A stretch of 44,458 nt of DNA, taken from positions 1 to 44,458 of the forward strand of contig CAWJZV010000001.1 of the NCBI GenBank assembly GCA_963847445.1, written 5' to 3'. Below, one piece after another: positions 38,548 to 44,458 of the stretch. The notes beneath the pieces are model-generated. The model saw only the letters and a program-made list of their open reading frames with translations. It searched no databases and was not told the origin of the DNA. Each line of letters begins with the position of its first letter. The stretch's first letter is position 1. The position numbers and the translations under genes are program-made. The DNA comes from an uncultured delta proteobacterium. Lineage in GTDB: Bacteria > Desulfobacterota > Binatia > UBA9968.

Positions 38548-39312
38548 ATGAACAGGACGAGTACTTGAAGCAAGCCGGCTTGATCGCGTTGATCGTGACA
38601 TTGTGCCTGGGATTAAGCTTGCGAGTGGGTCCGGTAAGAGCGAATGTTCCCGGCGGAACGCCGACCTTCAGCACTCCACTAAATATCACTAACACTCATC
38701 ATCCGTTTCAAGTAGGCGGTCTGAAGGTCTTTCAAGGCGCGGATGGCCCGGGCCAAGACGGTCGGCGTTCATATCTATCTCGCCGAGACTCGTTCATTTG
38801 ATTGGAATGGCGCCGCCTGTGCAGTGCCGGGTACTGCGCGAGGTAGCGTTTGAAGACGGCCAATTGCTGGAGATCTCGGACAACTATTTCGCACAGGCGG
38901 ACGACGGCACCGTGTACTATTTCGGCGAGGTGGTGGACAACTACGAGAACGGCGTAGTTATCAACAACGACGGCAGTTGGCTGGTGGGTGGCCCTACCCT
39001 GCCGAGCGATCCGCTGACAACGGCCAATGCCGCCAATCCGACGGTTTTCATGCCGGCCAATCCGGAAGTGGGAGACGTTTTCAAGCCCGAAAACTTGCCT
39101 CCGGTGGTGGATGAAACCGCTGAAGTCGAGCGCCTGAATGTCAGCGTAAAAGTGCCTGCAGGCCGGTTTAGCGACACGATCAGGATCAAAGAAACGTCGT
39201 CACTGTCGCCGGGCGCGACCCAAAATGGTACGCACCGGGCGTGGGTGTCGTAATGGAGAAGGCCAAACAGGAATATCTCAATCTGATTTCCTCAACCCTG
39301 GTCTCGCCGTAG
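38548..39312 (+). CDS. Hypothetical secreted beta-rich protein (frameshifted)
   Basis: Signal peptide ending VRA-N; YFAQADDGTVYYFGE, MPANPEVG, VKVPAGRF, KWYAPGVGVV across three frames. Confidence 0.75.
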
Positions 39313-39345
39313 CGCGCTTGACCAAAAAGTGGCTTACCGTACGAT

Positions 39346-39382
39346 GCCGATGGCGAGCTCGACCTTCGAGCTCGCCATCGGC
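39346..39382. terminator. Perfect 17-bp GC-rich hairpin (possible terminator or stabiliser; no U-tract)
   Basis: GCCGATGGCGAGCTCGA-CCT-TCGAGCTCGCCATCGGC, 33 bp after the stop at 39312. Confidence 0.45.
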
Positions 39383-39769
39383 TCAACCAGCGATGAATCA
39401 ATTACTCGAGTCGCGCTACACTGAATCGGGTTTGTGGAACGGCCTTTGAGCGACGCGCACCGCGCTGGGCTGGACGCACGCGGGCGAAGCTCCGATGTTC
39501 ACAAGCACGCGGGAGACGAAACCAAGAACACCTGCGCGGTGTCGGCCATCAAATAATCGTTCGAAGGTTCATGTAGTCAAGTTTCAAAGTATTCGGACTC
39601 GGATCGAACCGTTCAAGATTAAGCCTTTGAACTATTTGATAACTCAGCAAACTTCCCTGCCGGGATACGCACGCGGGTGTACTTATCTTCCAAGTGATTT
39701 TTCGCCTTGTGATACTGGTCCACGGTCATGTTGTTCTTGGCGGCGCGCGATTGCCACTCCACTAACCCA

Positions 39770-39792
39770 AGGCGTATGCCATACGCCCCTAC
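39770..39792 (-). repeat. GTAG-type REP, solo copy
   Basis: Reverse complement CGTAGGGGCGTATGGCATACGCC. Confidence 0.7.
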
Positions 39793-39904
39793 GCTCGGAT
39801 TTCATCTTGGGATTTTTTTGTGCCCTTTGTACTACTATAGTTGACAATTTGCCCGGCTCGCGCAAACTTTGGGGTGATCTGCAATATCCGAAGAGTGGAT
39901 CGAC

Positions 39905-40068
39905 TCTCGCCAAGGCGCAAAGCACGCCAAGTTCTGAAAGGAAAAAAATAGGACTCTTACAAACGGTCTTTACGATCTTATTTTCCGACCTTTGCGAGCT
40001 TAGCGCCTTTGCGGGAGATATTCCGAGTTTCGGTTGCGGGTGTGCCGCGCTCGGCTCTTTGTGGTTAA
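39905..40068 (-). repeat. About 150-bp dispersed element, inverted copy of 21640-21797
   Basis: Shared CCGCAACCGAAA-TCGGAATATCTCCCGCAAAG-CGCTAAGCTCGCAAAGGTCGGAAAATAAGAT...AGTCCTATTTTTTTCCTTTC. Confidence 0.85.
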
Positions 40069-40087
40069 CACTCCGAATCCTAATCGA

Positions 40088-41071
40088 CTATCTACGCCCA
40101 TAGAGCTTGTCGATAAAGCCGCTGCTGCGCATTTGATCGACGAAACGCAGGTCGACGAAATCCTCGGCTTTCGCCTTGGCGACCTTGGGATCCCAGGACG
40201 ACTGGATCTCCAGCGTGTTGCGCAAGCCTTCGATCGTCGGATAGGTGTCTTCGACGAATAATTTGTTGTAAGCCGTGTAGGCGCCTTCGAGGATGGTGCG
40301 ATCGGCGCCGCGAGTGTATTTACTCAAGATCTTAATCGTCTCTTCCTTGTTGCTCTTAAAGAAGTGAACCCCGGCGGCGATCGCTTCGACCATGCGCCGC
40401 ACGGTGTCAGGCTGCTCGCGAATCATTTTGAGCGAAGTGACGGTGCAGGTAAATTGAAACGGCACTTTGAGTTCGGCGATATCGATGATGACTTTCTGAC
40501 CGACCCGTTCGCCTTGAATTCTCTCGGCGTCGCTGACGATGGTGAATTCCGCCTGGCCGTTGATCAAGGCGCCGATGCGCGCCGGCCCGCCGCCGACGGT
40601 GATCGCTTTGATCTGATTGTACGGCAGGTTGATGCTCTTAAGCGCAAGCCGCAAGGCAAAGTCTGCCGCCGTGCCGGGAATATGCACCGCCGCGATGCGG
40701 CCTTTGAGATCGTCGCGCGATTTGATCGCCGGATTGCCGATGATGTAGTAAGGCAGCGTGTTGACTATGCCATTGATGATCGCGATGTTGCCGCCGGCGG
40801 TCTTGCCGTTGATCGCCGAGGTCCCCACCGCTTCGGTGAAGCCGAGATCGCCGGCCAAGAGCGCTTGAATGCCGCGGGTGCTGCCGTCGATAAAGACCAG
40901 ATCGATGTCCAGCCCATACTTTTTGAATATCCCGGTTTCCTTGGCGATCCACTGGGGCACCGATGAGCTCGGCGAGTCGGAGATATAGGCGATGGTGATC
41001 TTGGCCTGCGCTGGTGAATACAAAAGCAGCATTATCAGCGACGATAGAGTGGCTCGAATCAGTAATCGCAT
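40088..41071 (-). CDS. NMT1/THI5-like substrate-binding protein
   Basis: Start MRLLIR; signal peptide AQA-K; WIAKETGIFKKYGLD, DLKGRI, C-terminal SSGFIDKLY. Confidence 0.9.
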   Translation of the reverse strand: MRLLIRATLSSLIMLLLYSPAQAKITIAYISDSPSSSVPQWIAKETGIFKKYGLDIDLVFIDGSTRGIQALLAGDLGFTEAVGTSAINGKTAGGNIAIINGIVNTLPYYIIGNPAIKSRDDLKGRIAAVHIPGTAADFALRLALKSINLPYNQIKAITVGGGPARIGALINGQAEFTIVSDAERIQGERVGQKVIIDIAELKVPFQFTCTVTSLKMIREQPDTVRRMVEAIAAGVHFFKSNKEETIKILSKYTRGADRTILEGAYTAYNKLFVEDTYPTIEGLRNTLEIQSSWDPKVAKAKAEDFVDLRFVDQMRSSGFIDKLYGRR

Positions 41072-41317
41072 AGAAGCTCCAGTGGCTGAACGCGGCGGAC
41101 GTTTTTGATCTAGCGGTGGAAAGGGATCGGCAAAGATAGGCGCTGGCAAGAGAATTTGCCAAGGGATAAGCGAAAAGAACAGTCGAGTTTTTATCGATCG
41201 CATAAGCAGCGCCTCCAGCAAGTTTCCACTGCGTCAGCCGTAGTGGCTTACGGTTCCTTGTACGTTTGAAGCGCGCGCGAAGTCAATCGACAATTCGGCG
41301 AGGAAGTGGCGGCGGTA

Positions 41318-41826
41318 TTACTTGCGCGCCGACCGGCGGTGGCGGCTGCGCATGGTCAGTTCGTCGAGCTTTGCGATGTTGAGGACTTCCTGAATGCGGC
41401 TGCCGTCGGCAATTGGTAATCGAGATGGACTTCTGCATCGCCCCAGGAGATCCGAAACTTGTGGGGTTCGACGCGATCGAGATGGCGGCCGAGCGAGCGC
41501 ATCAGCTGGGCCAGACTCTTCGTGCTGCTCGCGTGCCCGGAAAATCGATTGTGCCGTTTGCGCTGGCCTTGGGTTTCGAGCCAGGAAATATAGTCGGCGT
41601 CGTAGCGCAGCACGCCATCCTCGCGAAACAGTTTGGCCTGCCGCCGCGAGCTCGCCTCGATCTCCCAAACCTTTTCCGAAAGATTCGCCTTAGCCAACTT
41701 CGACGGGTCGAGCGGATCGCTGGTACGAACGGTGACGCCTTGCCCGGCCTTTTCTAAAGTAAAGGTGCGCACGCCGAGGGATTCGAGCGACTCACCGACG
41801 GTTCTGAAGGTTTTTGCATGTGCCAT
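41318..41826 (-). CDS. Hypothetical protein (frameshift near 41400)
   Basis: Protein-like ORF with internally similar motifs FRTVGESLE / MRSLGRHLD; C-terminus in the 41318 frame. Confidence 0.65.
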
Positions 41827-41897
41827 TTCAAGAATTATAGCCGATTATGCTGCGGTTTGAAGACACTTTCGGTTTCGCCGGTAGATTCCTGTTTGGC

Positions 41898-42716
41898 TCA
41901 TTCCTTCTCCAGTTTCATCGTCCCCGACACCGGCCGGAGTTTTTTCTCGACGAACTGCTCCAGCCCGGGCCGCCCGCCCTGCTCACGAATGATCCGCTCG
42001 GAAATAAAGTTGGAGATCGTGAAGCCGACCTCCGGTGAGGCTTTCATACTCGTGTACCATGCCTCTTTAACGGCTCGTAGCGCCCGCGGGCTCTTTTCGG
42101 CGAGGCAATTGGCAAACTCGTTCACTTCGTTATCGAGTTCGGCGCGCGGCACCACCCGCGAAATCAAACCAATGCGTTCGGCTTCGTGAGCCGACATCAT
42201 CTTGCCGGACAAGGCGTAATAGAGGCCATGCTTGGATTGTAAATAGTTGGCCAAGATCGGTGTCGTTTCGCCGGCGGGAAAATGGCCGAAGTTGACCTCC
42301 GGCAGGCCGAACTTGGCGTCATCGGCGGCGATCGCCACGTCACAGCCCACGGTGACAGTGAGGGCACCGCCCAGACACCAGCCGGCGATGCGCGCGATGA
42401 TCGGTTGCGGCAAGGCGCGCAGGAGCTCAGTGCGCCACTTGCGGACTTTCTCGCGAATTTCGTCTTTCACCCACTCGGGCTGGGACTCCATTTCCAAGCC
42501 ATACTGTTTCAAATCTTGACCGGCACAGAAATTATCCCCGGCGCCGGTGAGAATCACGACCTTGGTCTGCTTGTCGTAGCGTAGTTCGGTCAAGACCTGA
42601 TACATCTCGCGATGCAGTTGCGGACTCATGGCGTTGCGTTTTTCCGGACGATTAAAGGTAATCGTCGTGATGCCGTTGTCGCGGGTGAGCAATAAAGTGT
42701 CAAATGTCTCGGTCAT
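41898..42716 (-). CDS. Crotonase-family enzyme resembling hydroxycinnamoyl-CoA hydratase/lyase
   Basis: NRPEKRNAMSP, FCAGQDLK, GWCLGG, FGLPEVNFG, LYYALSG, GLEQFVEKKLRP. Confidence 0.85.
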   Translation of the reverse strand: MTETFDTLLLTRDNGITTITFNRPEKRNAMSPQLHREMYQVLTELRYDKQTKVVILTGAGDNFCAGQDLKQYGLEMESQPEWVKDEIREKVRKWRTELLRALPQPIIARIAGWCLGGALTVTVGCDVAIAADDAKFGLPEVNFGHFPAGETTPILANYLQSKHGLYYALSGKMMSAHEAERIGLISRVVPRAELDNEVNEFANCLAEKSPRALRAVKEAWYTSMKASPEVGFTISNFISERIIREQGGRPGLEQFVEKKLRPVSGTMKLEKE

Positions 42717-42811
42717 GGGCTCTCCTTTTGATCGTTGGAATTAATTTGACACAGACGAGCGCACTCGGCTAGGCTCCATTCGACTCTGTCTAACGGTCAA
42801 GAGGAGCCGCC

Positions 42812-43147
42812 ATGAGTACCCTCGCTCTCGGTCCTGGTTTGGTTTTATCCGCAGAACCCCTGTCGGCACAAGACTCCTTTTTCGCCGGCAAGACGATTCG
42901 CATCGTCGTCGGTCTGCCGGCCGGCGACGCCTACGATATCTACGCCCGCATGTTGGCAACCTATATGGGCAAGTATATTCCCGGCAACCCCACGCTCATG
43001 GTGCAAAACATGCCGGGAGCATCGAGCATGATCACCGCCAATTATGTTTACAACGTCGCCAAGCCCGATGGCCTGACCTTCGGCTCGATCTTGCCGTCGC
43101 TCTACTTTGATCAGTTGCTCGGACGTAATGAAGAGCTTTTGAAGTAA
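42812..43147 (+). pseudogene. Truncated Bug/TctC-family receptor (N-terminal third)
   Basis: FAGKTIRIVVG..GDAYDIYAR..GKYIPGNPT.VQNMPGA...AKPDGLT; no continuation found, repeats follow. Confidence 0.82.
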
Positions 43148-43219
43148 ACTGAACGACCTTCGGTTATGGGCCCAGGCACTTTGCTCGCGACGACTAGAAG
43201 TCGGCTGGCTCTTTTTCAC

Positions 43220-43302
43220 CATTCCCGCGAAGGCGGAATCCAGGCTTTTTTTGAACTTGAAGCGAAGCCGAAGATGGATGCCGGCCTGCGCCGGCATGAC
43301 GG
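43220..43302. repeat. CGTC-type REP inverted doublet
   Basis: CATTCCCGCGAAGGCGGAATCCAG ... ATGGATGCCGGCCTGCGCCGGCATGACGG; right arm matches 29414-29440. Confidence 0.85.
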
Positions 43303-43419
43303 AACTCGTCAAACTTCACCACCAGTTAGAATGGCCAAGTGCCATCCAATGAAGTAGCCTTCACACAGCTGAGAATCTAGATCAGTAGTCTATAAAAATG
43401 CCTTCTCCGAGTTGTAAAC

Positions 43420-44365
43420 TTACTTACCGCCTAACATGTTGATGAAGCTGCGGTCGATCATCTCGTCGACAGTGATGCGCCGTTTGAGCCGGCCGTTTTC
43501 AAACTCTTGATCGATGACCGTGGGAATCGCTTTCTCGGCGATGGCGCCGTTGAGCGGGAAAGAGGTTCGGTACTGATCGTAGCCCGCCGGCGCGTAGGCG
43601 GGATCGATTTTGACGTACTTGCGCATGGCCCGCACAGAGTCGTCCTTGCTGTCCCAGGTATGTTTGACGCCGCGTTGATAGGCGCGTAAAAATTTGATCA
43701 CGTCGCCGCGCTCCTTGGCTAACCATGATTCGCGAGCGGCAAAGGTCTCGTAGGGCCATTGGGGGAACATATCTTTCAAGTCAAAGAGCTTGCGAAAACC
43801 CTGGGCTTTGGCTATCTCGGTGACCGGAAACCAGACCACAGAGGCATCGACGGCGCCCGCTGAGAGCGCGGCAAAGCGCGCCGGCGTGCTGCCGATTTGC
43901 AATATCGTCACCTCTTTGGGATCGATCCCATGGTGCTGCAAGGTGGCGCGGGTTAGGAAGTCGGTGAGGGAGCCAAAACGGCTGATCGCAAAGCGCTTGC
44001 CCTTGGCCTCTTTTAACGAAGTGAACTTGGCAGTGGAATAAAGTTCGAACGGCATCAAGTTCAGATGCCCCAAAAGTTCTTGATGTCGTAACCAGCCGCG
44101 CGTCCGCCCAAAGTTTCGACGAAGGCGCTGCCCATCATCTGGATGTCGCCGCCCATGAGCGATTGCAGATTGGTCGAGCCGGCGTTGAACATGACGAACT
44201 GAACGTCGAGGCCTTCGTCTTTGAAGAAACCTTTTTCCTGGGCGACGTAGACCGGCAGAAATGCGATGTTGACGGATGAGAGACCGATGGTAATGCGCGC
44301 TTCACCGTGCTCGGCCCGGCAAACAAGAACAACCAGAGCAGAGATAAGCGCTTCAACTGTTTCAT
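43420..44365 (-). CDS. NMT1/THI5-like substrate-binding protein (frameshifts in 5' third)
   Basis: AAGGAG RBS; PVYVAQEKGFFKDEGLDV, KGKRFAISRFGSLTDF, LQIGSTPARFAAL. Confidence 0.85.
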
Positions 44366-44458
44366 GGCATCGCTCCTTAGATCGGTTAAAGCACTTTTCG
44401 CTAGATATGTTGACCCCTCAACTCTGCTTCGGATTCTTTTAATGCTCGCCAAACCCGC

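Noticed and set aside
38465-38550. SAM-I riboswitch-like words (GTGAACGCTCGGCAA; TTATCTCGAG)
   Set aside because: Elements are in the wrong order and the P1-P4 architecture cannot be built.
39393-39557. Possible small frameshifted protein MNQLLESRYTESGLWNG...AVSAIK
   Set aside because: Needs an assumed indel, has no clear RBS and no recognisable motif.
1-44458. tRNA or rRNA genes
   Set aside because: No cloverleaf with a T-loop/CCA arrangement or rRNA-like stretch seen by eye; a covariance-model scan was not possible.

Overview
GC-rich bacterial chromosomal segment. Its gene content suggests Candidatus Binatia/Binatota or a similar deltaproteobacterial lineage (inference): ten NMT1/THI5-type solute-binding proteins (SBPs) with no permease or ATPase, Bug/TctC receptors, amidohydrolases, ornithine-cyclodeaminase paralogs, a thiolase-like/DUF35 pair and an LLM oxidoreductase. 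The housekeeping core is a MoxR/VWA-miaB-DUF151-TPR run followed by a 28-bp dif-like XerCD site (18107-18134), towards which most genes on both sides point, so the window probably spans the replication terminus. Many genes outside about 13-25.6 kb carry single-base frameshifts that look like long-read errors. The intergenic DNA holds several families of palindromic repeats, often nested. The main candidate novel system is a small GIY-YIG nuclease gene bracketed exactly by inverted 27-bp repeats; these fold into covarying GNA-triloop DNA hairpins and also occur as solo copies. Other notable observations: a repeat apparently encoding an SBP signal peptide, two mini-ORFs encoding only the SBP C-terminal tail, a leaderless SBP-fold gene between inverted repeats, Cys-less AMDase-fold proteins and a TANGO2-NUDT19-like gene pair. 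All calls come from reading the sequence by eye; no database searches were run.
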